Shown in pieces: positions 27,061-39,560 of a stretch of DNA of 64,000 nucleotides. Origin of the DNA: the human T2T-CHM13v2.0 reference genome, Homo sapiens. Below the pieces are notes generated by a model. The model searched no databases. It was not told the origin of the DNA and worked only from the letters and a program-made list of their open reading frames with translations. Both the position numbers and the translations under genes were made by a program. Location: NCBI RefSeq assembly GCF_009914755.1, contig NC_060928.1. One strand, written 5' to 3'. Each line of letters starts with the position of its first letter. Positions within the stretch are counted from its first letter, which is position 1.

Positions 27061-29169
27061 AGGTGAATAAGGGACTTTATTGTAACAATCAAAAGAAAAA
27101 TTCATGAAATCTTGAGGAACAGTTTTTCAAAGAGAGGAACACTAAGCAGAAAAATGGGTTTTTAACTGTAGCACATAAACCAAATTTATTTATGTTCTTA
27201 AAGAGGGTGTTTTTCACTATAATGATGGACTTAAACAATGGCTGAAATTTCATGGGGAAAATTAAATGATATTGTAGTTACTTTTGGAGAACACATAGTT
27301 ACTTAGAACATCAAGTTTTGAAAAAAATGTTTATATAGGAGCTGAAATTCTAGTAGAATTGATAGAAATATGCTTGCGGTAGAAATGTGTGTACTTAAAA
27401 TACACACGTTACATGTGTAAGTACGATGATCAAGCATTTTAAACAAATACATTAGAAAAATATATCTTTAATGTGTGAAATCTTTATCTACCCTTTGTTA
27501 GAAGACCAGAGTTTTACTTCCAAGTCTACTACTACCCGATTGTAGCAACCCAGACACATGCATATAATGACTTAAATTTTTCATTAGTAAAATGAAGATA
27601 TTACCCTTGTGGTCAGATAAGCTACATTTCAACTTTAACTTCCAGTGATGCTTTTGTAGTAGTTTTATAAATTAATGCAATAACGCTTCCAAATATTTAA
27701 TTTGCTATCCTGAAAAAAATTTCTGAATCATCCTCAATTTTTAAATATATATTTCTTTGTTGCAAGTCTTCATCCTTCAAAGACTTGATTCATGGAACTA
27801 GCTAAAAACCATCTGAAATCAAAATTCACAAATCACTAGGTTGTTGCAGCAGAATCCTAAGACCAATCATCCAAGAATTTAACTTTTCTTCAGCAATGAA
27901 AACATTCTCCTCCAACAAAATTTATGTCACAATATATAAATATAAATATTTATTACTTATATATTGTAATAGATATATAATCAGAAATGCTTTAAGTGAA
28001 ATGGGAGTAGGCAATCAAGAGGGCTGGCTGCTCAACCTTCTGTTTGTCTTGCATTTTCCTGTATAATTTCTTGGTCATACCCAAGTAATCTTAAAGCTCA
28101 ACATAAAACAGAATGAAAACTAGAAATCTGGTGCAGTGACTCATAGATGCCTACATACCCTTTCCCTTAGTATCTCTACAACTCGACTAATGTGTGTTCT
28201 CCATTCAAAGGAAAGAAAGAATTCTTGTGGACAAGTAATGTAGCTTTAATTTTTTCCAAAATAATATTGCTTAAGTATGAACAAGTTTACTATATGTTAT
28301 AAAAGGTATTCACATACATCTCCTATATAACTATAAATCAAAAATAAAGTTATAGGATTAATACAAAAATTTTTTAACGTTAACAATATTCAATTGATGA
28401 AATGAAAATGATACAATGCGTGATACATGATTGAATCTATATTAACACTTGCCACCCATCATACTAACAGAAATGTAGAACTCAGTAGGATTGATTATCC
28501 TTTGTTGTTTTATTCTTTAAGATGAAATAGAAGTTTGTTTTTAAGACTTGTTAAAGTCTAAAATACAAGATGATAAAGCAAGAGATACTTTCTCATTACA
28601 ACAGTTATATCTTTTTTTACTATTGCTTTTCCTAGAGATTTAATTTACTCTTTTCAATGTTATTTCTGTCATTTCTAGTTTGTGTATATTTAATCTTCTC
28701 AGAGAAATGAGTTATAGGCATAATATATTAGGGAAATACTGTTTTAAATCTTAAATTGGGTGTAACTGATTATCCTTAGTGTCTGATAAATTGACTGCAA
28801 TAGAGGAGAGGAATTTCCATTTTTTTTTAGCAATGAAATGCTAGAGAAATAAATATGGTGTGTATATATATGTGTGTATACGCATATATTTGTGTGTATA
28901 TGTAATACTTGTGTATTTCAATAAAATATACAATTATTTTAATCATATGTAACTTGTAGCAAGTTATAACTTTCAATTATTTTATTATTAAATGTTTGAA
29001 ATTTCTGCCCAAGTATGGACTTTTATTGTCATAATCAACACCATTTTCTACAAAATTATATTAAACTGGAAAACAGTAGCTTTAATTAGCTATAAATGAT
29101 GTAAGTATTCCTATAAGCTAATTATATATACTTTGTAGTATTAATAAAATGTAAAGCACTTCAACAACT

Positions 29170-30040
29170 TAAAAATGAAAAGAAAAGCAATTTACAACAA
29201 TGGCAAAAATTGGAGCAGACCCTTCACAAAAGAAAATTTATAAAAAGTCAGAATGCAAAAGAAAAAAGCTCAAAGTCACTAGTTAACAAGAAAATTAAAT
29301 TAAAACTACAATGGATAATACTACACACTCTCCAGAATGTCTGAAATTAAAAAGACCAAAACAGCAAATACTGTCAAAAATGTGGACCACCTGGAAATTT
29401 CATACATTGCTGTTGGGAATGGAAAATTGTACATCTATAGAAAAAGGTCTGGTAGTTTCTTATTTTTAAAAATGCCTGCACTATGAGCCGGCAATCCACT
29501 CCTAGTAGCGACCCAAGGGAAACTGAAATAATCACAAAAATATTGCATAAGGATGTCCATAGCAGCTTTATTTATAAGAATCCCAATCTGGTTTCCAACA
29601 TAGTAAAAGGAACTGAAGATAAAAAATAACCAAAAAACAAAAAGCATAGTTATCTACACTGGGTAGTATTCCTCTAACTAGATATATAAAAAGGAATTCA
29701 CTACTGATAATCAAAATAGCATAGATGAATCTCAATATTATTCTGAGTGAAAAACGTATTACATAAATCTGCTATATGGTATGATCCCATTTACATCAAA
29801 ATCTTAAAACAGATAAAACTATATCATGGTTAAAAAAAATCAGAACATTGGTTGCCCTAGAAGAAATGGAAGCGGAGATTGATAGAGAAAAGGCCTGAGA
29901 GAAATATTTGAGGGGATGATGACATTCTATATCTTCATGCATCTATATATTGATGTATTTTGCAAAAATATACACTTTTGTTCAAGACTCAGAGAATACG
30001 CATGTAACATCTGGGCTGTCCATTGTATAAAAAATATTGG
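29170..30040 (+). mobile_element. L1M (L1ME/L1MC-age) 3' fragment
   Basis: AAATTAAAACTACAATGGATAATACTACACAC...GCAATCCACTCCTAG...ATGATCCCATTTACAT. Confidence 0.8.
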
Positions 30041-30549
30041 GATGCAATGAGTTAATGCAAATGATTCAGTGAAATCTCAGTCAAAACCCCAGAAAGTTAT
30101 TTTGTGGATATCAATAAACTGATTCTTAGTTTAGACAGGCAAAACCCCCAGAATAGTCAACTCAATATTGAAAGAAAAGAACAAGGTCAGAGGACTAGCA
30201 ATACTAAATTTCAAGACTTACTATTATACAAAGTCATAGTAAATAAGACTGGCTGGTATTGATGAAAGAATAGACAAACATATCAATAGAACATAATGAG
30301 AGTCCAGAAATAAAATCACATAAATATAACCAACCTATCTTGGAAAAAGTTGCAAAAGCAATACAATCGAGCAAAGATAGTATTTTCAACAAACGCTTCT
30401 GGAACAACTGCACATCTACATGCAAAAACAGCAACAAAAAGAATCCACACACAGACTTTAAATCCTTCACAAAAATTAACTCAAAAAGGATCATAGAACT
30501 AAATGCAAAACACAAAACTATAAAACTTAAAGACTATAAAATAGAAGAT

Positions 30550-30765
30550 CTTTTTCTTCTTTTTCTCTTTTTTTATTAGGACATGATTGTATAAATTTTT
30601 AGGTGCATGTGATAGTTTGATACATGCATACAACACTTAATAATCAAATCAGGATAACTGGGATAGTCATCACCTCGAACATGTATCATTTCTTTGTGTA
30701 GTAGCATTCTAAATATTTTCTTTCAGCTATTTTGAAACACACAATAAGTTATTGTTAACTATAGC
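30550..30765 (-). mobile_element. L1MA 3' UTR terminal fragment with poly-T, inserted into the older L1
   Basis: CTTTTTCTTCTTTTTCTCTTTTTTTATT, then TTTGATACATGCATACAACACTTAATAATCAAATCAGG...GTTATTGTTAACTATAG. Confidence 0.8.
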
Positions 30766-31828
30766 ACGCTAAGTGTCTACATACATCCAAGGGATTTAAG
30801 AAAAGGAAAATAATTGAAGAAATACTAAAGTGTATAAAATGTCCAATTATTGCATAAAGCTACTGTTTCAAGCAGAATCCAATTTGAAATTATCAGCATT
30901 AATTTAAATGAATTATTCATAGTTTGTATTGTTAAAAAAGAATACAAACACTTTACAATAAAAATGTTATGTCTCTCATGGCAAGAATGGATTCACAATA
31001 AATTTATGATCCACAAAAATATAAGATAATGTAGGAGCAAATCTAGATAACCTCTGGTATGGTAATGACCTTTTTAATACAACAACAAAGGCACAGTCCA
31101 TGAAAGAAATAATTGATAAGCTGGACTTCATTAAAATTAAAAATTTCTGCTATAGAAATAAACACTGTCAAAAGAATGAGAAGACAAACTGCATAATAAG
31201 AAAAAATATTTACAAAAGATATATCTGATAAAGGACTGTTATCCAAAATATACAATGAACATGAAAAACACAACAAAAAGAAAACTGACAACCCAATTAT
31301 AAAATGGGCAAAAGAGCTGAACAGACACTATCTTCAAAGATACACAATTGACAAAATACATTTTCTGTTTTCATAGATATTAAACATCATATGTCATTAG
31401 GGAATTGCAAATTAAAACTACAGCGTCCACTATTTGGACAGCCAGAATGCAAAATACTGACAACACCAAATGCTGGTGAGGATAGTGGAGCAATAGGAAC
31501 TCTCATTCATTGCCAGTGGGAATGAAAAATTATACAGCCACTGTAGAATACAGTTTGGCAGTTTCTTACAAAACTAAACATATGTTGACCATATGATCCA
31601 GCGATCATGCTCCTTGGTATTTACCCAAAAGAGCTGAAAATGTATGTCCACAGAAAAATCTGCATGGGGATGTTTATAGCAGTTTTATTCATAATTGCCA
31701 AAATTTGGAAGCAACCAAGATGTTCTTCAGTAGTGAATGTAAAAACAAACTGTGGTACATTCAGAAAATGGAGTATTATTCAGCACTAAAAATCAATGAG
31801 CTATTGCACTATGAAAACACATAGAGGA

Positions 31829-31975
31829 GGCCGGGTACGGTGGCTCACGCCTGTAATCCTAGCACTTTGGGAGGCCGAGGCGGGTGGATCACAAGGTCAG
31901 GAGATCGAGACCATCCTGGCTAACACGGTGAAACCCCAACTCTACTAAAAATACAAAAAATTATCCAGGTGTGGT
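31829..31975 (+). mobile_element. AluY-like left monomer plus linker, 3'-truncated
   Basis: GGAGATCGAGACCATCCTGGCTAACACGGTG (AluY-type diagnostic positions); the match ends at GGTGTGGT. Confidence 0.92.
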
Positions 31976-33897
31976 GAGGAAATTCCAATGCATATTACTA
32001 AATGAAAGAAGACAATCTCAGAAGGGTATATACTGTATGATTCCAACTATATGATGTTTGGTGAAAACGAAAGATGAAGAGGCAAAGCACAGATATTTAG
32101 GGCGATGAAACTATTTTGTCTGATACTATAGTGGTGGATACATGTCATTATACATTCATCAAAACCCCTAGAATATACAACACAAAGAGTGAACCTATTA
32201 CAAACTATGAACTTTGGGTGATGATAATGTATATTCAATGTAGATTTATTGACTATAAATGTACCACTCTGATACAGGATGTTAATAAAGGGAGGGCTGT
32301 GCATGTGTGGGGGAGGGGGTATAGAGTGACTCTTTGTACTCTGCTCAGTTTAGCTGTGAACCTAAAATTCTCTAAAAATAATGTTTGTTTTAGAAAAAAG
32401 CAGTGAGAAAGAGAAAAGAGGCCCTTAACTCAAGAGAAAGCAAACCACACTGCTGGCATTTCTGATAACATACGAGAGCACGATTTTGACAGCCTGTTGG
32501 AAAGAGATACTTATTGTTGGGTGCTTCTACTTACTGATTGTATAATGAGTGACAGACCCACCTTTGAAAGGGGCCATGGTTTTAATCCACACAGGTGATA
32601 AACACACAATCGCCTTCAGACAGCCAGGTGGCTAGCTCAAAGTCTTAGACTAAGCATGCTTTTCTTGTACCTAGTCCGGCAAACATACATAATCACCTGC
32701 TTTTATTTTCATAGAGACTACCTCCTATAAAGCAAACTTTGCATTGGCTCTCCCTGAAGAACTATCCCTCTGTTGCACATCTAAATAAGGTTTTAAGGTA
32801 TGTTTTCAGTAAATTCATTGGAGATGTTTGCTTCAACAGCAGTCAGGGTAAGTCAAACTGTGTATTTAAGAACTTGATTTGAACTGTTTTATTCAGTACT
32901 TCATGTGTAGTAGGTACTTAATAAATATTTGTTGAAATAATGAGTGAATGTGCATTGTTCATTGTTAAAAGCTGAACTTAAAGAAAAGCATTAATTTGAG
33001 GAGACAGCTTTAAAGGAAAACAACTGTTCTGGAAGACAGAAAATCTGGGTTCCATTCTCGGCTGAAAAGTTTGTGGCTGTGTCATCATCAACTTAAAAAT
33101 CTCTGCCTCTCAGGCTCTCAGTTTTGCCATCTGTATTAGATTAAAAAAATAGAAGAATATTTCTACTATTTTATAAAACTCAGTTCATATGTGAAGGAAC
33201 TAAGGCAAGAAATAATGGAATAAGTAATACTGGATACAAATAAAACCCTTCCAGTTGTGGCTTGTATACTGTAGGGTTTTTAATCTCCTAAACATGCCGA
33301 ATGTCAAGCTCATAAACCAGAATATTTCTTTTCATTTGTAACACAGAGCTTTGCTAATTGAAGTCACAATGGAATTTTTAATAATAAAACATGCAGAAAA
33401 TAACTTATAATTAATTCACACATTGAAGTAGTGACAGTGAATGCCAACTTGCCAATGGATCAATATCAATGATTAGAAAACATATCTTTAGTCATTCACC
33501 TATTTTTAACTCATAACCCTTTTTCCTACATATACATATTTGGAGTATCCACAGAGGCCTCTTGAAAACAACCACACCTATATTTTATTTTTTGAATAGG
33601 TGGAAGCACAAAGTACTTAATTAATGCAGATTTAGGTGTGTTGATTGTTATTCTTTAGCTAATTATTATGATCTAGCACTACTGTTTCCACAGAAATTGT
33701 GAGAAAAGACAAAGAGATCTAATGGTAAAAAGACTTTGGAAGTCCAACAGAAAAAAAAAATAAACAGTAGCCTGCTTAACTCACCTGTGTCCTAATATTC
33801 TGATGCTTCTTTATCTATAAAAGGATCACTGACTTCCTGGAAACAAGGTTAAATCCATGTAGTTTTTCAACTATTGAAACAATTATATATATAAATA

Positions 33898-34452
33898 TGC
33901 ATCAGCATTCTATTTACATCTATTCAACACAAATAAGACAAAGTAGGCAAATAAAGTCAAACGTGTATAGTATATTAAAGCCAAGCTTGTCAGGAGTCCA
34001 GATCACTCCAATTATGTGCCAGCCTTTGGCACATATGATGTTTTCTACCACCCAAATATATATTTTCAAGTGACCTGAAACACAGTACTTTCTCTTACCC
34101 CACTCCATCTATATTATAATATTTATATATATAAAATAGATATATATTTAATATTATATTATATATAAAATATTTATAACATATATAAATATGTATATTT
34201 ATATATACATATATAAAAATATGTATAACATATTTATATTTATATAATATTTATATATTTATATATATTTATTTATATTTATATTCATATATACACATAT
34301 ATAAATATGTATAACATATTTATATATATATTTATATATGGAGTGATCTGGACTCCTGGACAAGCTTGGCTTTAATATACTATAGACATTTGACTTTATT
34401 TGCCTACTTTGTCTTATTTGTGTTGAATAGATGTAAATAGAATGCTGATGCA
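33898..34452. repeat. Long inverted repeat (arms 33898-34010 and 34339-34452) around a TA-rich core
   Basis: The reverse complement of the right arm aligns to the left arm with 2 substitutions and one 1-bp indel over ~113 bp. Confidence 0.97.
34108..34338. repeat. (TA)-rich low-complexity repeat
   Basis: Almost entirely A/T; the unit ATATATAAATATGTATAACATATTTATAT recurs. Confidence 0.95.
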
Positions 34453-35253
34453 ACACTTTTTTAGCATTTCAAAAGTTCAAACTTGCAAAGGAAAGCAGCT
34501 CTATTTTGTCAAGTTATGGTTACTTTTAAAGCTTTAAGCAAAATATTTTAATGTAGGGTCACAAAGGTGTAAAAGAGCAACTGTTTTTGCATACCACCTA
34601 CAGATCTATAATAATCATATTGTTTTGGGGACTCATTGTCAAAGATCAAAAGACGATTTTCTGTAGTAGGTCTTTATCTTGAGAATTTTAGAAGTCAGAT
34701 ATATCCCTTTATTTACTTGCTTTAGTTAAGCAAAGCAATTCAGTCCAGTGAATGCCAGTTTTCTCTAGAATAGGAAATAAAGTTTTTTTGAAGGAATAAA
34801 CACGCAAACAACACATTCAAAGGTCAACAAAACTTTGTATTTTCTTAAAACTCTTAAAAGGACAAAACTAGGTAAAAGGTAGAATGAAGCTATAAACAAA
34901 TACCTGGTTTTCAGATTAACTCTGTGCACACAGCATTTAGCTTTGGCCTTAAGCAAATGTATTTAGTGGCAATTGTGACCTCCAGTATGTAATACATGGT
35001 ACTCTCAATGTGTATTGGTAGCCAGTTCTCCATGGGTCTCTAATAATTAGTTTCTGCACATCTTGTGAGCAGAGATAGTAACCTCCATTTGTTCTGGACC
35101 ATCTCTCTGTTCAAGGATGCTTACATAGCAAAGTCTTGGAACATACAGAAAATGTCTCTCTCTGAAGCAAAAGGCTAGTGTATTCATAGCCTTGTAAGAT
35201 GGAAATTGTATCTCCATTTAGAACAAAGGAAATGACCACTTACTGTCCCCTAC

Positions 35254-36034
35254 TGAGAGACAGGACTAGCTGGATTTCCTAGGCAGACTAAGAATCCCTA
35301 AGCATAGCTGGGAAGGTGACAGCATCCACCTTTAAACAAGGGTCTTGCAACTTAGCTCACACCCGACCAATCAGAGAGCTCACTAAAATGCTAATTAGGC
35401 AAAAACAGGAGGTACAGAAATAGCCAATCATCTATTGCCTGAGAGCACAGCGGGAGAGACAAGGATCGGGATATAAACCCAGGCATTAGAGCTGGCAAGG
35501 GCAACCCCCTTTGGGTCCCCTCCCTTTGTATGGGAGCTCTGTTTTCACTCTATTAAATCTTGCAACTGCACTCTTCTGATCCGCGTTTGTTATGGCTCCA
35601 GCTGAGCTTTCGCTCGCCGTCCACCACTGCTGTTTGCCACTATCGCAGACCCACTGCTGACTTCCATCCCTCCGGATCCAGCAAGGTATCTGCTGTGCTC
35701 CTGATCCAGCGAGGCGCCTATTGCCACTCCCTATTGGGCTAAAGGCTTGCCATTGTTCCTGCACGGCTAAGTGCCTGGGTTCATCCTAATGGAGCTGAAC
35801 ACTAGTCACTGGGTTCCACAGTTCTCTTCCGTGACCAATGGCTTCCAACAGAGCTATAACACTCACCACATGGCCCAATACTCCATTCCTTGGAATCCAT
35901 GAGGCCAAGAACCCCAGGTCAGAGAACACGAGGCTTGCCACCATCTTGGAAGCCTCCGGCTACCATCTTGGAAGCGGCCCGCCACCATCTTGGGAGCTCT
36001 GAGAGCAAGGACCCACTCCCCGACCCCTGTAACA
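35254..36034 (+). mobile_element. HERV-W (LTR17) solo LTR, complete, 781 bp
   Basis: TGAGAGACAGGACTAGCTGGATTTCCTAGG...GTAACA; 4-bp TSD CTAC/CTAT; U5 with repeated CCACCATCTTGG. Confidence 0.96.
35367..35557 (+). promoter_or_regulatory. LTR17 promoter and polyadenylation elements
   Basis: CCAAT at 35367 and 35424, TATAAA at 35472, ATTAAA polyA signal at 35552. Confidence 0.75.
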
Positions 36035-36624
36035 CTATAATAAAGAGAATGTTTTTCTCTGGAGCAAAGAACAAACAGGCTCATACAACAGACCTGGTGT
36101 TCTTCAACTCACAGGTCTTCTCGTGTAACATACTCTATGGTGTGCACTAGTGTAACCTGCATTGCCCTGTGGAAACTGGGCTTAACAAAACTAGCCCAAA
36201 TGATGACACTCTGGCTACCGCTACTACTGTGAAGAATGAACTGTCCTTTGTCTTTGACCCAGGAGTCTTCTGTTTTCTATCACTACTCATGAAACTATGT
36301 GTGACAGGCTATCTTTAGAGCTTGCAAAGAGGATAAAATCTCAGACCTTTCACAATTCTTGATATTATTCAGAGTCATTCACTGAAGTAAAGCTTGCTTA
36401 AATGTTTCCCTGCCTGACTAGAGCTTGGAAGGTAAAAAGAGGACAGAGGACCTCAGGAAAAAAACAATACTACCCCTTGTCAACAGAATCATCATTATAA
36501 TACAGAGTTCCTTTCAGGCAATTAGCATGTTAATTTTAACAATAAAAAAGCATCTAGCCTATGGGTAATCCAGGTAGAGAGTATTTCTAATAAAACGAGT
36601 TGCTTTTAGTATTTTCTCCCCTCC

Positions 36625-36910
36625 CCAGATTTATTGAGGTAAAACTGACAGAAAATTGTATATATTTAAAATGTACAACTTGATGTTTCATATGCATTCT
36701 GAAATGATCATCACCATCAGTTAACATATCCATTACCTCACATATTTACCATTTATTTTCTTTCTGTGTGCTTGTGTGGTGAGAACACTTAAGATCTACC
36801 CTACTAACCAATTTTGAGTATACAATAGTGTTAATTATAGCCTCCATACTGTACATTAGATATGCAAAACTTATTCATCTTGCATAACTGAAACTTTTAC
36901 AAACATCTTC
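36625..36910 (-). mobile_element. L1MA (L1MA9/10-like) 3' terminal fragment
   Basis: TTTATTGAGGTAAAACTGAC...GTGGTGAGAACACTTAAGATCTAC...AACTTATTCATCTTGCATAACTGAAAC. Confidence 0.85.
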
Positions 36911-38264
36911 GTGATTTGATTTTTGCCTAGGCCTCTTAAATGACTAAGAAAGCATTTTTGCTAAAACTCAAATATTTTTTAGATTCATTTTTCCCATTTA
37001 TAAAATATACGGAACTATTACATGTACTTTGATCTTATTAACCTAGGACTCTGATTTTTTAATTATTCTTCAATAGTTCTTGCACAATCACAAAAACGGG
37101 TAGGATGGTGTCAGTTAATAATGAGATATAATTTATCAGAAAAAAATAAAAAATTTTTCAAACATAATTTATTTTATTAGAAAAATTATGAGATTTATCA
37201 ATAATATTCAGCCTTTTTGGTATATACAGAATAAACATATCAATATATTAATTGGTATAATCCTTACTATTTAGTTAATTAATTCTTCAACTAATATTCT
37301 TTTAACTCCTCTGACCGAGGACATATTTGCTCTCAGATGGTGGTCCAAATTGCTTCCTGACCTCTGCAAAATACATTAACATTTTAAAGGACCTTTCTTG
37401 AATATGCTGCCAGCAATCACATACGTCAGAAGCGATAGCAAATTTTTTCCTCAGTCAGGAAATAATGCTCCTGGGTCTGCCTGAAGGTTCACACCCTCTA
37501 AGAAGTCAAAGTTTTGATGTTTTCTTTAATGTTTGTCTCTTTCCCTAGAGTTCTCTACTGCCACTCTTCACCAATCCACATCTATCACTCTTTAATATCG
37601 AAAGTTAAAAAAATCACATCCCACAAAGGAATTCTTTGAATTATACTGTACTATCATAAATAGCAACCCTCTTAGGAATTATTAAATCATGTACACCCTT
37701 TGCCCCATTTGCTCAGTAACTACCTTTACAGATAAACATTTTGATTTAGTAAGTAAGAGAACCATAAGTCAATTTAGATTTGTGGAGGTAGCTCTGCACT
37801 ACAAAGTTGGACATAGTAGTATCTGGTTAAATAGAGATAAAAGCATTTTAAGGACTTTAAGTGGTCCCACTAGGTATACTCAAAGAATACTCTTGTCTGT
37901 CCTCATAAGATCTTCCCTCAAGCCTGACTTTGATTATAATCATCAGCAAACAATGTAGCAGTGTGATCAGCACTGTAGTTAAGAAAAAAGGTTGTAAGCT
38001 ATGTAACTGACCCCAAAAGGATTTAACCAGCAACCAATTAGATACACGTTAATATGCTGAACTATTAATACATACATATTACATCATTATAAATATAGCC
38101 AGGGGTTAAATTGAGATGGAAAATTACAACCAAGCAAGTAGTGAGAAGAAAGGGATAATGGAGAAATGAGAATAAGAAAAGGCCAAGAATAGAAATGAAA
38201 CAGGGAGCCAAAATGGTAAAGAAAAAGGAGCACAGGGTTTGTAATTAGGTAATGTGGGTTTAAG

Positions 38265-38712
38265 TTCTAGTTCTGTCTTGATTGCAGATAACGCTAAGGT
38301 TTTAATGAAATAACCAACAACTCCCAAATCTCAATGATGTACAAAATGAAGTGATTTAAAACCCTTCAGTTCTTATTCCACGACAATCTCTAATTGTTAG
38401 GACATTTTACTCATCATAGTTATTTAGGCAGTTTGGAATACTTAAGTAGCCCCCACCTTGAACAGACGCTGTTTGCAATGCTTCAGAAAAAAGAGAGTTC
38501 TGGAAGATTTTACAATTGTGATCCAATGTGAATTATGATATAATTCAGCCCAGATGCATTGCATGGCACTTCTGCCCCCAACTCATTAGCCAGAACTAGA
38601 CACATGGTCCTAACCAAGCACAAAAGTGCCAAGACATGTAAGCCTATGTTACTATCACATGAATGTGGGGAGAACAGGAAATACATTGCATACAGGCCAA
38701 ATTACTACAAAA
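38265..38712. mobile_element. Old MLT1-family MaLR LTR (degenerate)
   Basis: AATAACCAACAACTCCCAAATCTCAATG; CACTTCTGCCCCCAACTCATTAGCCAGAACTAGACACATGGTCC. Confidence 0.6.
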
Positions 38713-38759
38713 GTACTCATTCTGTAACCTCTATTAAGTTATTTAGACTGCGTATCTCC

Positions 38760-38950
38760 AAATACTGCTGTCTGGCTTTCCAGCTGTGACATTAAGAAAT
38801 TAGTAAATATCTATGAACTCCAGTTTCCCCGTTTACAAAATAGCAATAAAATCACTTATGCCATGAGAATATTCATATAATAAAGTAACCTAATGTATGG
38901 AATATAGCTAACAGAGTACCCGCTATACAATCAATGCCCAGTGACATGTT
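38760..38950 (+). mobile_element. MIR SINE
   Basis: CAGCTGTGAC...CTATGAACTCCAGTTTCCCCGTTTACAAAATAG. Confidence 0.6.
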
Positions 38951-39399
38951 AAGTCAAGTTCATCATGGCTGTTCTGAGTACACTAATTCTAAAGACGGCT
39001 CAAAATTTGCCAGTGTCCAAGGAACTTTCTCACAAATGCACAAGACTGTCAATAGTCACTACACTGTGCTCACACACAGATTTTGGGTCACAGACCTGCA
39101 ATTAGGATGGTTAAGTATTGCTTCCTCGTGAGTCTTCATGGGGAGGTTGGCCTAAATGAGGACTGCAACAACCATCAGGAGAAGACATTCATTTCAGAAA
39201 TGGACATGGGGATTCTATGGTTGTGCTTATGGAGGAACAAGAAAAACAAACTGAAAGAACATAAGATATTTCTCCTGAGGTCAATGTCATTTTGCTTTAC
39301 TATCATCATCGTCTTTATTTATTTTCTGGCCTTTTCGTCCCTATGTCTGCCCTACCTTTGCTTTTACCTGACTTTAAGGACCTCATTAGTTCTCACTCT

Positions 39400-39560
39400 C
39401 TCTTGTCCTTGGTAAAGTTACTTTACCTCTCTGGGTTTTAATAATGCCATGTGAATAAACAGGAATAATATTCCCTACATCCCAGGATTATTATATAAAT
39501 TACAATAATTAATGTATATGAAACCACCTAGCATGATATGAGTATGCAATATTTAAGTTA
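39400..39560 (+). mobile_element. MIR SINE
   Basis: CCTTGGTAAAGTTACTTTACCTCTCTGGGTTT...CCTACATCCCAGGATTATT. Confidence 0.6.

Larger units (their letters stand above)
30060..32400 (+). mobile_element. L1MC-like element (ORF2 3' end and 3' UTR) with two nested insertions
   Basis: AAATTTCAAGACTTACTA; CTGGACTTCATTAAAATTAAAAATTTCTGC; ATGTTTATAGCAGTTTTATTCATAATTGCC; 3' end GCTGTGAACCTAAAATTCTCTAAAAATAA. Confidence 0.88.
35009..36363 (+). mobile_element. MER76-like LTR split by an LTR17 insertion
   Basis: TGTGTATTGGTAGCCAGTTCTCCATGGGTCTC...TTCTGCACATCTTGTGAGCAGAG; resumes after 36038 and ends GATAAAATCTCAGACCTTTCACAATTCTTGA. Confidence 0.7.

Noticed and set aside
33898-34452. Interpretation of the long inverted repeat as a novel MITE
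   Set aside because: There is no TA or 8-bp TSD, the arms are too similar for the age of primate DNA transposons, and internal microhomology favours fold-back duplication.
35935-35996. Three copies of CCA(C/T)CATCTTGG with short spacers (superficially CRISPR-like)
   Set aside because: A normal feature of the LTR17 U5; the context is eukaryotic and there are no cas genes.
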